A DNA stretch of 64,000 bases from Methanobacteriota archaeon (lineage in GTDB: Archaea > Thermoplasmatota > Poseidoniia > Poseidoniales > Thalassarchaeaceae): positions 8,750 through 72,749 of the forward strand of contig JAERSV010000080.1 in the NCBI GenBank assembly GCA_016845345.1, given 5' to 3'. How positions within the stretch are numbered: position 1 is the first letter of the stretch; the number at the start of each line of letters is the position of its first letter. The position numbers and the translations under genes are program-made. The notes beneath the pieces are model-generated. The model was not told the DNA's origin, made no database searches, and worked only from the letters and a program-made list of their open reading frames with translations. Positions 9,470 to 18,795 of the stretch are shown in pieces.

Positions 9470-9988
9470 CTAATATTTCCCTTTCATTCCTCTTTTCAAA
9501 CCAAATACAATAGGAATAAACCCCAACAAGCCAAAGATAATGAAATCAAATAATGCACTTCCTACATCCCATAATGCCGAAAAACCAAGATCACTGTCCA
9601 AAATTTCGAGTGTAACTACTAAATTTAAAGAAACTGCCGCGAAGACATACAAGCCTGGCGCTCTCTTCTGTTTGAGAATTAGAAATCCACAAATCAGAAA
9701 AATAATTCCAAGAAACAGATTTTTGAAGGTAGAATATTCTTGGAATTCCTCGAAATTAGGAAAATCAACGAAGAAATTCAATGCAATTAACAATTTCAAG
9801 AATCCTCCAAGGATCAGAATTCTGCCGCTTCCAGCATAAATCCAAAATGGTTCTTCCATAATCAGAGGATGCGGTTGCTTCTCTGGTTTCTCACCAGCAC
9901 TTATCACAGCAAACTCCCGCTCGCCTGGAATCGTTTCCAAGGTTTTCTCATCCACGAACCCATCGGAGATGTTGACTATTATCAACAT
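9470..9988 (-). CDS. Hypothetical polytopic membrane protein
   Basis: It has several hydrophobic helices and no conserved motif. Confidence 0.45.
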   Translation of the reverse strand: MLIIVNISDGFVDEKTLETIPGEREFAVISAGEKPEKQPHPLIMEEPFWIYAGSGRILILGGFLKLLIALNFFVDFPNFEEFQEYSTFKNLFLGIIFLICGFLILKQKRAPGLYVFAAVSLNLVVTLEILDSDLGFSALWDVGSALFDFIIFGLLGFIPIVFGLKRGMKGKY

Positions 9989-9995
9989 TCACTAA

Positions 9996-10847
9996 TTACT
10001 GTTCAGCAACAGGTGGTTCTGGAATATCAGATTCTAATGGCTCATACTCAATGGTAAGGAATGTTTCAGTCTCAATGTTATCGCCTTCAACATCAATATC
10101 CATTCTCCAACCGCCAACGAGTGGGTCATTTGTTCCCCATGCATACGAATCTGATGCGCCGTCCGCAAGTTCCTTAGTTGATGCATCTTCCTCTGAATCC
10201 GCCGGATTTCTTACGGACCAAGTGACGGTTGAAGTCCCCCCACCTATGAGAAAGGCAGGAGGATTAGTGGCATTGCTAATCAAATCTACACGCCTTGGTG
10301 ATGCCTCTTCAGAGCCCGGCGTGGTATCAAACCAAACTGGGTATGGATTGTCAGTACTCTGTGTATTGTCATAATGGAGTTCATACTCAACCCGCAAAAG
10401 CACCTCAACTTCTCCGGAATTACCCTCTGAATCGTTTGCTCCAAGTGTTGCTCGGTAAATCCCATGTGTGTCGTAAGAAACGGTGACTGTTGACATATCA
10501 GCAGCATTGACCTCAACTACTGAGTCACCGTTTCCTGGGTCAACCCAAAACGTCGAAATGTCTCCTTCTTCGCTGTAAGTCTCATTGAAATCGAAGGTAA
10601 ATTCAACATCCTCAAGAGATTGTGTCTGATTTTGAGAGTTCGGCGCCATGATGTGAATTATGGTTCCAGCAGTTGCATCTGCTCCCCAAACCATGTGAAC
10701 CTTGCTCGGTTTTTTCTCATCACTACCACCTAAGCACCCAGCCATTGGAGAGAGTAATAATAGTAGCATCAAGGCTATACTGGGCAATATTCGTTTACCT
10801 AAACCCGCACTTTTCATGTGTGTCACCGCACCTATGGTAGGGCTCAT
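9996..10847 (-). CDS. Hypothetical secreted protein, lipoprotein-like
   Basis: It has a signal peptide with LLLLLSPMAGCLGG (lipobox-like Cys) and an acidic beta-rich body. Confidence 0.5.
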   Translation of the reverse strand: MSPTIGAVTHMKSAGLGKRILPSIALMLLLLLSPMAGCLGGSDEKKPSKVHMVWGADATAGTIIHIMAPNSQNQTQSLEDVEFTFDFNETYSEEGDISTFWVDPGNGDSVVEVNAADMSTVTVSYDTHGIYRATLGANDSEGNSGEVEVLLRVEYELHYDNTQSTDNPYPVWFDTTPGSEEASPRRVDLISNATNPPAFLIGGGTSTVTWSVRNPADSEEDASTKELADGASDSYAWGTNDPLVGGWRMDIDVEGDNIETETFLTIEYEPLESDIPEPPVAEQ

Positions 10848-10952
10848 CTAAGAAAAAGGCAACGGCGGAACCCGCATACAAATTGCTTCGCACCCCACTT
10901 ATCCCACCCACATAGAATTGTATTGAAATAGGGGTAGCGTTCCCGATGGGTC

Positions 10953-11027
10953 AGCGCTTTGGAGTAGTCAGGTCATCTCGTCGGGCTCATAACCCGGAGA
11001 CCGGTAGTTCAAATCTACCAGGCGCTA
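10953..11027 (+). tRNA. tRNA-Met (CAT), archaeal initiator type
   Basis: Hand-folded cloverleaf: acceptor AGCGCTT/AGGCGCT with A1:U72; anticodon stem TCGGG/CCCGG with G29G30G31:C39C40C41; loop CTCATAA with anticodon CAT; T-arm GGTAG-TTCAAAT-CTACC; 5-nt variable loop; discriminator A. CCA is not encoded. Confidence 0.85.
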
Positions 11028-11116
11028 TTTCCCATGGGACAGTGTTGCGGCTCTTGTTGACTACGGTTAGTCCGAGACGTTTACGCCTCGGACATTCGTT
11101 CTTGAGGAAGATTTGG

Positions 11117-11589
11117 CAAGCCAAATCGATTACAATTGTTCTCACTTTGATGTAAACCTCAACAATAGCCGCTTGGCTGAAAGCTCTTCGGCCGCAGGCT
11201 AGTTACTTGTGAACAAAATTTACGCCTTAGGTGTCTGTTTAGGAAGAACATTTTCCGTTCCGAAAAATGGCCGAAAAAATGTTCTTACTTAGATTCTGTT
11301 CGACTGAAATGTCTCCTTGGCTGGAAGCTCTTCGGCCGATGGTGAGTATCAAAAACCCATTTGATAGCAAGCCAAATCGATTGCAATAGTTCCCACTTCG
11401 ATTCCAACCTCAACAATAGCCGCTTGGCTGAAAGCTCTTCGGCTGCAAGACCGTTACTTGTGAACAAGATTTACATCTTAGGTGTCTGTTTAGGAAGAAC
11501 ATTTTCCGTTCCGAAAATGGCCGAAAAAATGTTCTTACTTAGATTCTGTTCGACTGAAATGTCTCCTTGGCTGGAAGCTCTTCGGCCGA
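11117..11589. repeat. Two-copy ~223-bp direct repeat (11117-11339 and 11368-11589, ~90% identical, 3' halves nearly identical). Each copy carries an 11-bp perfect inverted repeat (AAGAACATTTT...AAAATGTTCTT) and two copies of a 22-nt TTGGCTGRAAGCTCTTCGGCYG submotif.
   Basis: Direct comparison of the sequence shows this. It lies between the tRNA-iMet 3' end and the stop of minus-strand gene 11595..11993. It is noncoding in all frames except short ORFs. Confidence 0.8.
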
Positions 11590-11594
11590 ATCAC

Positions 11595-11993
11595 TTATTC
11601 CTCTTCATTATCAGTTGAATCTGTTTTTTTGAGGTGTGCCCAAAGTACGTAGGGGAGACTCCAGAAGGCACCTCCAAGTGTACCGAAGAGAATTAGAGTT
11701 GCCAATATTTCTAAACTACCATTCGGGGCGCCGAATGAAGCGCCTAATATTGGCAAAAAGAAAGTTAGAAATGAGACTGGAATCAATTGCTTTAGACTAG
11801 GGTCACAACAACCAATTTGTTGGGATATTTTTTTCACAGCAAATGCGGAGGCGAAAATCATTCCAAAGAAAACCACTAGAGCGGCTTCAAAGGATGGGGG
11901 TTCAAGTCCTACCTTTATCATAATAAGGGCTACAAAAGTTGCTAACATTGCTCCTGTTCCCGCACCAGCAAAAATAATGTCTCTTTTCCTCAT
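11595..11993 (-). CDS. Small hypothetical membrane protein (~4 TM)
   Basis: The hydrophobic profile is clear. There is no motif. Confidence 0.5.
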   Translation of the reverse strand: MRKRDIIFAGAGTGAMLATFVALIMIKVGLEPPSFEAALVVFFGMIFASAFAVKKISQQIGCCDPSLKQLIPVSFLTFFLPILGASFGAPNGSLEILATLILFGTLGGAFWSLPYVLWAHLKKTDSTDNEEE

Positions 11994-12117
11994 GATTCCT
12001 AATCTCCCTTTTTAGAGCACACCCATTATTGACAATATATGTATCTGTTCACGAACTCGGTGTTTAACCGGCGGAATCATCAATGGCTGCTCTCCCCCGT
12101 TGGAAGGGTGAGAGCAG

Positions 12118-13494
12118 ATGGGCGGCGGTTCAATGTTGATACGCGGCGCTGAAATGGTGCTCTCTGATCGCATCGTTGCTGGCGATTTGCGAGTTGTAGC
12201 CGGCAAAATAGAATCAATCGCGATTGGAGGAGGTCTAGTCCCAAATGGGGATGAGATGCTAGTTGAGGGTGAAGGATTGCACCTGATGGCAGGCGCAATT
12301 GACCCTCAAGTCCATTTCAGAGAACCGGGCAACCCAGAGAAAGAAACCATCGGAACTGGCTCTAGAGCCGCAGCAGCAGGTGGTGTGACTTCATTTTTAG
12401 ATATGCCAAATAACAACCCTGCTGCTACTAGTTTGGCGGCGATGCAAGCAAAATTAGATTCATCTGCGGCAACTGCAGTTACAAACTACGGATACTTCAT
12501 TGGAGCAACTCCAAATAACGTGGCAGATTTACAAGAAGCTGTAGGAACTGCTGAAAACCCTTCACCAACTGATGGAATCTGTGGAATCAAAGTCTTCATG
12601 GGTTCTTCAACCGGAGACCTTCTAGTCCACCAACAAGAACATCTTGAGAACATCTTTGCTAACACAGGTGGAATCATCGCTGTCCACGCAGAGGATGAAG
12701 ACCGACTCAACGCGAGATGGCCAGAGTTCCAAGACCGCACCGATATCGCATCACATGCTGAATGGAGAGACCACGAATGCGCGCTCTTGGCAACAAAAAG
12801 GGCGAGTAAACTAGCCAAAGACCACAACCATAGGTTACACGTTTTGCACCTCACAACAGGGGTGGAAGCGGATTGGCTAGCCCAAAACAAGGGTGATTTG
12901 ATAACCACGGAAGTGTGCCCTCAGCACCTCACTTTTGACCAGGATGATGTGGAAAAAATTGGTACTCGTTTGCAGATGAACCCCCCGATTCGATACACAG
13001 AAGACCGTGAAACTCTGTGGCGCCGTCTCAAGGATGGAACGATTGACTGCATCGCTACCGACCACGCACCTCACACCTTAGAGAACAAGGCACTTGGGTT
13101 CCCTGTCGCTCACTCTGGAATGCCTGGAGTAGAAACTTCTCTCCCCCTCATGCTCACACACGCGAAGAATGGAAAATGCTCTGTCTTAGATGTCGCGCGC
13201 TGGATGTGTGAAGGGCCTGCTCAAGTTTATGGCATGAAGAACAAGGGCCGCCTTGAGGAAGGATTTGATGCCGATTTGGTGCTTGTTGATTTAGAAAACT
13301 CACATACCATCCAAGATGCAGACACTTGGACTACTGTTGGATGGACGCCCCTTGCTGGGATGGAATTGACTGGATTCCCACAACTGACTGTTGTAGAGGG
13401 AATTCCAGTTCATGGACGTGGTCTTGGCGGCTCGCTACGCGGCGAGCCTTTGTGTGAATCCGGCGAAGCCGGAACCGCAATTCAATTTGTTTGA
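12118..13494 (+). CDS. pyrC: Dihydroorotase-like cyclic amidohydrolase (DHOase/allantoinase family)
   Basis: It has IDPQVHFREPG (metal-binding HxH) and TDHAPH motifs and a typical ~450-aa length. The start may be the MLIRG Met at 12133. Confidence 0.6.
   Translation: MGGGSMLIRGAEMVLSDRIVAGDLRVVAGKIESIAIGGGLVPNGDEMLVEGEGLHLMAGAIDPQVHFREPGNPEKETIGTGSRAAAAGGVTSFLDMPNNNPAATSLAAMQAKLDSSAATAVTNYGYFIGATPNNVADLQEAVGTAENPSPTDGICGIKVFMGSSTGDLLVHQQEHLENIFANTGGIIAVHAEDEDRLNARWPEFQDRTDIASHAEWRDHECALLATKRASKLAKDHNHRLHVLHLTTGVEADWLAQNKGDLITTEVCPQHLTFDQDDVEKIGTRLQMNPPIRYTEDRETLWRRLKDGTIDCIATDHAPHTLENKALGFPVAHSGMPGVETSLPLMLTHAKNGKCSVLDVARWMCEGPAQVYGMKNKGRLEEGFDADLVLVDLENSHTIQDADTWTTVGWTPLAGMELTGFPQLTVVEGIPVHGRGLGGSLRGEPLCESGEAGTAIQFV
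13427..13480. repeat. Copy 1 of a ~55-nt element with two GC hairpins (GGCTCGC-n5-GCGAGCC and CCGGC-GAA-GCCGG), embedded in the pyrC 3' end
   Basis: It is near-identical to 15971..16022. See findings. Confidence 0.7.
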
Positions 13495-15071
13495 ATTTCA
13501 TCTATTCGTCTGACGATGAACTGAACCCCAACAAAAATGACCAGCAATGTCAACAATGTTGAAACGGCTGATGTGAACGAGTTTTCTTTCATCTGATCTG
13601 AATCATCTTCAGTGTTTTGATTGGATTGAACAACAAATTTGGCTTGCAAATTCTGAATTGACGATAAATCCAAAAGTTGCGCAACTGGTTCTGACTCAAT
13701 CTGTTTTGTAATTCTTGTAAAGGCGGTTTCATTCAAATTGCTATCAGTGAAAATGATAACGGCATCAGGAGTTGGACCACCCATTTCTGCATCACTATAC
13801 TGCTCACTCCCTAATATTGCCATGGATTCATTTGAGAATCGGTGAATGTAGTAGATGTCAGAGATATTTTTCACCAAAACAATTTGTGGGTTTAGTATAT
13901 CGTTTACATTGAGAATTAACGAACTAGCGTTCAAACCCTCACTAACCATTTGCTGACCCGAGATGTTGATAGTTCCAATCCAATTTGCCGTGACAAATAA
14001 GCCACCTGCCTCCGCATTACAAATGAATGATGCTTGAGCACCAGATGACTCATTCACCGCTGCAGTGACTATTCCAGTTACCCCTCCAATGTTGGAAATG
14101 ACCTCAATAAGCATATCCCCATACTTGCCATTGCGTTCAAATTCACTACCGTTGTTGATTATTCCTGTGAACTTGCCAACCACAATCCAGCCTCGACCAT
14201 CCGATAATTTTGTAAAGTCGTTGAAATGCACTCTCTGGTCTACATCTGCCCCACCAAAAAACAGTGGTTGAGTTGTACCGGTTCCACAATCAAAATTTGA
14301 GAGGAATGAATCTAGATTCGCCTGAGTGTATTCACTGCTCGAACCGAATTTCACCAAACCATCATAAGTTCCAATCATAGCACAGTTGTTGTTTTCCATT
14401 GAAATTGAATTAACACTTGAACTACCTGAACCTTTGATTTGTTCAAACCAAACAATATCGCCAGAAGAGGTCAATCTCAGAATAAAACCATCTGTTCCAC
14501 CATCAGATTCGATGTTCCTGCTCCCTAAGTTGAGGGTTCCTTTGAAAGCACCTGCAACGATCATTTCCCCGTCCTGTAAAATTTCCATGTCATTGAAGCG
14601 AATTGATTCGGATGATTCTAGTGAAATAGACCGAATCGGTGACATATTATCGTCAAGAAAAAGAATCAATCCCATACTTTGATTGTCGTTTGAAATTATA
14701 GCATCTGGGGCAGATGAAAATGAACCTAGAATGACCCACCCTGGGTCAGAGTTCTTGATTATTTTAGAGATAGAATCTTCACCACCTGAACCGATGGTCG
14801 CCAGAGATATTACTTCGCTAGATTCGTTCAATCCTAACAAGAAGCCATCGCTCCATCCTTCTGTATTTACCGACCAAGCCCCAATAGCCTTTGCCTGCCC
14901 AAAGAATGTGTTACCCACCACCCAAGTAGTATTGTCCACTTCACCTACACTATTCAATCGAACATAGGTTTGAGACGACGTATTGGCATCAATTTCAATT
15001 TCCGAACCTACTGCAAAAAGGGGTGATAATACAATCATTATCATGAACCAAACTGGAGGGGACAATCTCAT
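13482..15071 (-). CDS. Hypothetical cell-surface protein with signal peptide and C-terminal TM anchor
   Basis: The N-terminal signal is MIMIVLSPLFAVGS and the C-terminal helix is TLLTLLVIFVGVQFIV. The body is beta-rich and Ser/Gly/Asn-rich. Confidence 0.55.
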   Translation of the reverse strand: MRLSPPVWFMIMIVLSPLFAVGSEIEIDANTSSQTYVRLNSVGEVDNTTWVVGNTFFGQAKAIGAWSVNTEGWSDGFLLGLNESSEVISLATIGSGGEDSISKIIKNSDPGWVILGSFSSAPDAIISNDNQSMGLILFLDDNMSPIRSISLESSESIRFNDMEILQDGEMIVAGAFKGTLNLGSRNIESDGGTDGFILRLTSSGDIVWFEQIKGSGSSSVNSISMENNNCAMIGTYDGLVKFGSSSEYTQANLDSFLSNFDCGTGTTQPLFFGGADVDQRVHFNDFTKLSDGRGWIVVGKFTGIINNGSEFERNGKYGDMLIEVISNIGGVTGIVTAAVNESSGAQASFICNAEAGGLFVTANWIGTINISGQQMVSEGLNASSLILNVNDILNPQIVLVKNISDIYYIHRFSNESMAILGSEQYSDAEMGGPTPDAVIIFTDSNLNETAFTRITKQIESEPVAQLLDLSSIQNLQAKFVVQSNQNTEDDSDQMKENSFTSAVSTLLTLLVIFVGVQFIVRRIDEIQTN

Positions 15072-15090
15072 TTGTTCACCGCACTTTAAT

Positions 15091-15885
15091 TTAATACTTA
15101 ATGGTCAATTCGGCGTTATTCATGATTGCTTTTAATCTACTAAGGGTATGAACACCTGGATATTGCTGTTCTTTAATTTCTGAAATCATTGAAATGTTCA
15201 CAGTCCACGGGTGATCTGAATTAGTGCTAATACTGGTTTGAATAGGTTGGGAAGGGCAATCATTAGCCGATTCCGAACCAATTTCAGGACTACTTGAATC
15301 TTCAACAAAAACAGTACAGTAAGTCTTGCTAAAAATTGATGAATGATATGCGGTGTCACTCCTTGACTCCGAATGGAGTGAAATTTGGTTCGTTCCGTGA
15401 CCTGAACTCAACTCAATCGCAATTGATATTTCAGCCCACCGATTAGAAGTTTGAGCGCATCCGGTAATATCTACAGCATAATCAAAAACGATTCGTGTGA
15501 ATTCAGGCTGACCAAATGATATTCCTGTACCCTTAGAAATCGCTGACATATTTCTATTATTTGACCACCAATAATACCATGGGTCATCAATATAAAGTGT
15601 CTGTCTCGTACACCCCAATGAAGCAACAACTCTCCAAGATACTTCTTCTTGATATAGTGGATCAATCATTACTTGAGTCACAACGGGAAAATTTTGATTT
15701 TGAGATGAATTACTGTTAATGATTACAAATTCTATCAATTCGCCTTGAGAATCGTATAGATATGATTCAACTACTACAGATGTATCTGGCTGTGTGTCTT
15801 CAATTGATTGGCCTGATACATTTTCTAAGCTTAAAATGATGATAATTGGCAAGAAGGTTATCAATACCAAATTCCTAATTCGCAT
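15091..15885 (-). CDS. Hypothetical secreted protein
   Basis: It has a signal peptide (LVLITFLPIIIILSLENVSG) and no motif. Confidence 0.5.
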   Translation of the reverse strand: MRIRNLVLITFLPIIIILSLENVSGQSIEDTQPDTSVVVESYLYDSQGELIEFVIINSNSSQNQNFPVVTQVMIDPLYQEEVSWRVVASLGCTRQTLYIDDPWYYWWSNNRNMSAISKGTGISFGQPEFTRIVFDYAVDITGCAQTSNRWAEISIAIELSSGHGTNQISLHSESRSDTAYHSSIFSKTYCTVFVEDSSSPEIGSESANDCPSQPIQTSISTNSDHPWTVNISMISEIKEQQYPGVHTLSRLKAIMNNAELTIKY

Positions 15886-15970
15886 AAAAACTACTATAAT
15901 TTTTTGTTACTTAAACATTACTATTTTCCCGTTAAAGAGGGATTATTGATACTCTGAAACGATCGGCAAA

Positions 15971-16022
15971 GGCTCGCTGCGCGGCGAGCCTTTGTGTCAA
16001 TCCGGCGAAGCCGGAACCGCAC
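15971..16022. repeat. Copy 2 of the double-hairpin element; a duplicate of the pyrC 3' terminus
   Basis: Translated in the + frame it gives GSLRGEPLCQSGEAGTALKF*, against the pyrC C-terminus GSLRGEPLCESGEAGTAIQFV*. Confidence 0.7.
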
Positions 16023-16035
16023 TAAAATTCTGATT

Positions 16036-18489
16036 TCAGGCCCTATCATCAGAATCTGATGTTGAATCGGAAGTGCCGCTCGCTTCATCTCCTTCATCTT
16101 CACGCGGCTCATCTTCAACATCCTCAGGCTCAGACTCTTCTCCATCAGCCACAATGTAATCATCTTCCCAGCCCCAATAACTTGGGGCATCAATTCTTTC
16201 TGGAAGGCTAACAGAGTCTGAAAGCGCCATCGTACTGTAATTAGTTACAGTCACGCCTTCAGCAGAGAACGCATAGACATAATCACCCATGAAGATGGAG
16301 CGCCTAACATTTGGACTACCGTAGTAATAGGATTCTCTTAGCCCATTTTCTCCATTGTAGAAATCGGAGTGGTCTATTGTGCCATACTTGGTAAGTGTGT
16401 TATTCTCAGCATCAACCTTCACTAGAATCAATTGTGTGACATACTCGTAACCACTGAAAGAGTATTTTCGTCCATCAATTGTCACTTCATCATAGGTGTA
16501 TCGGTAGGTCGAGAGAGGTATTGCCAACAATTCAGCAGGCGCCCAGTAGGTGAATGCCTTATGCTCATAGGTCGCCTCACTGTACGACCATGACCAACTC
16601 CACCAATCCTCACTGTTGCGGTCAATAGGAGCAAGTTGCAAAGCCGATGCCAAGGTTGGGTCAGAGAAGTTCGAGACATCAAACAATGAAATCTGGGTGT
16701 TACCCCAATCCAATCCCAATCCATCTTCGCCACCAGCAATGCCGATTGTCAAGAGATGGTCTTCACTTAGTGGGTGAATGTAGGTTGACACGCCTGAAAC
16801 CTCTAACTCACCAATCACTTGTGGATTAGTTGGGTCTGAAAGGTCAATTGTCCAAAGAGGGTCAATATTTCTGAATGTGACAAGGTATCCCTTCTCACCA
16901 ATGAAACGGCAAGACCAGATGGTCTCTCCTGTAGCAATGCCACCAACATGGCCTATCTGTAGTAATTCATCACCACCGTTCTCATCTGGTGCAAGAACGT
17001 AGACGTCGTTAGTTGGGCCAGCCCAATCTTCGCCATCTAGCCACCAGCGGCCCCAAATGTCCTGAGTTGTAGCAACTCGGATGGTGCCGTTGTATTCTGA
17101 AAGTGAGAACTGGTCGTTGACAGTTCCAGTAACTCGACCTGAGCCGATGTAGGTCGTTATTCCACCATCTGAGATATCAAAAGCATGAATGTTTGTTGCC
17201 TCCACAAAATCATCATTTCGCCAGTACCACCACCAATCATTGGCTGGCTCTGCAAGAATTAGCATATCTTCGCTTGCATAGACTTCAACCCATGAGGATG
17301 AAACGTGGTCTAGTTCGTATTCAATCATGTCGCCAAACAATTCAATTGTCATTACAGTAGTAAATCCGCGTCCAACTGAATCTGCTGCCGCAGAAAATTC
17401 TTCGCAAGTTGCACTAACTGTTGATTGTTCAACAACTGTTCCATCAGCCATTCGCTCATGCATTCTTGGAGAGAAATCTGCTAATGTTAGGCCTGCAATA
17501 ACTTCTAGATTGTAGGCGATTGCCTCATCTACACTTGCATTCCAAATATCTTGGCGTTCTGGGTCGTTGTGGTCAATCTCCCAGTAATTATCAGGAAGAG
17601 TTGGGTAAGTGCGCAATCCTTGTAATTGCGCGTATGAATGCGTCACAGCACGAAGTGTGCCATCAACTAATCTTGCAGTTTGATAAGAACCGTCAAGGTA
17701 TAGTTCGCGGTCAATTTGTGGGTCTGAACGGTCAGTTATATTCATCACTGTGAACTTCACTTTGTTGCTGTATCGATAGTATGAGTAAATGCTGTCACCC
17801 TCAGCATTATCTGCCATCATAGCAAGGCGGATAGGATCATCAGAAGGTAGATTCCAATAGGAAACATAAGAGATGATCACGAGTTGATTTCCATTAACAA
17901 GCATCTGCATTGGAGAACCCTCCAATGCCGTACTAGATTCCAGAGTAACGTTGCCAAACTCAGGCACTCCCAAAATTACCAACTGACCGTTGTTAATCAT
18001 GTAGATATGATATCCATCGGTTTTGAGGAAGTCTGCTTCATCAACACCTTCTTCCTGATTATTTGTCTCTGAATATTCGCCTTCTCGGTCTCCAGACCCA
18101 GAAGTGCTTGGTGGCGATGAACTATCCATTGTTTGAGTACTATCTCCGTCACTTGCCATTTCAGCAGCTGCAGTATCGACCATTATGTCATCTTCCATAA
18201 AGCCACCACGGAATCCCCAAGAATTCCAATGCCAGTATGATGCCTGGTCAAGGCCAACCATCATTTCTTCAGCAAGAGAGTTTCGTAGATCTTCTTCAAG
18301 TTCTGCACACCCATCATATTGGTTCAAAACGGGAGAAGAACGTACCCGATTACCGAGGAGTAACTCGGGAGAAATCCAGTCAATATTCTCTTCATTTTCA
18401 TTATCTATGGGATTTTCTAATGTTCCCAAACAGCCAGCCAAAAGCATTGAAGCCAGCACAATCAAAACCATAACAGGTGTTCTTGCCAT
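16036..18489 (-). CDS. Large secreted protein (817 aa) with lipobox-like signal, Trp-rich beta-propeller-like body and acidic C-terminal tail
   Basis: The signal is MARTPVMVLIVLASMLLAGCLG. The C-terminus is EDEPREDEGDEASGTSDSTSDSDDRA. The 21-nt shared promoter motif lies 31 nt upstream. Confidence 0.55.
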   Translation of the reverse strand: MARTPVMVLIVLASMLLAGCLGTLENPIDNENEENIDWISPELLLGNRVRSSPVLNQYDGCAELEEDLRNSLAEEMMVGLDQASYWHWNSWGFRGGFMEDDIMVDTAAAEMASDGDSTQTMDSSSPPSTSGSGDREGEYSETNNQEEGVDEADFLKTDGYHIYMINNGQLVILGVPEFGNVTLESSTALEGSPMQMLVNGNQLVIISYVSYWNLPSDDPIRLAMMADNAEGDSIYSYYRYSNKVKFTVMNITDRSDPQIDRELYLDGSYQTARLVDGTLRAVTHSYAQLQGLRTYPTLPDNYWEIDHNDPERQDIWNASVDEAIAYNLEVIAGLTLADFSPRMHERMADGTVVEQSTVSATCEEFSAAADSVGRGFTTVMTIELFGDMIEYELDHVSSSWVEVYASEDMLILAEPANDWWWYWRNDDFVEATNIHAFDISDGGITTYIGSGRVTGTVNDQFSLSEYNGTIRVATTQDIWGRWWLDGEDWAGPTNDVYVLAPDENGGDELLQIGHVGGIATGETIWSCRFIGEKGYLVTFRNIDPLWTIDLSDPTNPQVIGELEVSGVSTYIHPLSEDHLLTIGIAGGEDGLGLDWGNTQISLFDVSNFSDPTLASALQLAPIDRNSEDWWSWSWSYSEATYEHKAFTYWAPAELLAIPLSTYRYTYDEVTIDGRKYSFSGYEYVTQLILVKVDAENNTLTKYGTIDHSDFYNGENGLRESYYYGSPNVRRSIFMGDYVYAFSAEGVTVTNYSTMALSDSVSLPERIDAPSYWGWEDDYIVADGEESEPEDVEDEPREDEGDEASGTSDSTSDSDDRA

Positions 18490-18520
18490 GATTACGCCAC
18501 GATAGTCCCTACATTAAGGG

Positions 18521-18541
18521 AGTTGGTTCAACGATTTTACC
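18521..18541 (-). promoter_or_regulatory. Promoter/operator motif GGTAAAATCGTTGAACCAACT (minus-strand sense). It combines a BRE/TATA-like GGTAAAAT with the palindrome GTTGAACCAAC.
   Basis: It lies 31 nt upstream of the ATG at 18489. A near-identical copy is at 19719..19739. Confidence 0.5.
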
Positions 18542-18795
18542 TTTAGGAACGAACAATCCTCTACAAAAACAATATTTACGGAGGATAATTTGACTTCGCT
18601 TCATCGATATCCGTTTTGAAAACATAGACTATTTTGTAAGTTGTTCAGGTTGTTTCTTATTACTGAATCTGTAAACATACTCAGTCTCTGTATTGACTGT
18701 TTAATTATGCAAACCACACACAAATTCTAGTGCCTAAGGTCGGCTTCTGTTAACCTTGAGTAACACTGTCATGACAAATTCGGGCTTTGGAAGAT

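Noticed and set aside
11117-11589. C/D-box sRNA or integrated element attached to the tRNA gene
   Set aside because: There is a TGATGT and a CTGA, but no convincing C/C'/D/D' box arrangement with the correct spacing. No integrase or recombinase lies nearby, and the repeats do not duplicate the tRNA 3' end, so an att site or integrative element is unsupported.
15921-16193. 90-aa minus-strand ORF over the pyrC-fragment duplicate
   Set aside because: It overlaps the 3' end of the 817-aa gene in another frame and has Lys/Arg/Met-rich low-complexity composition. It is probably spurious.
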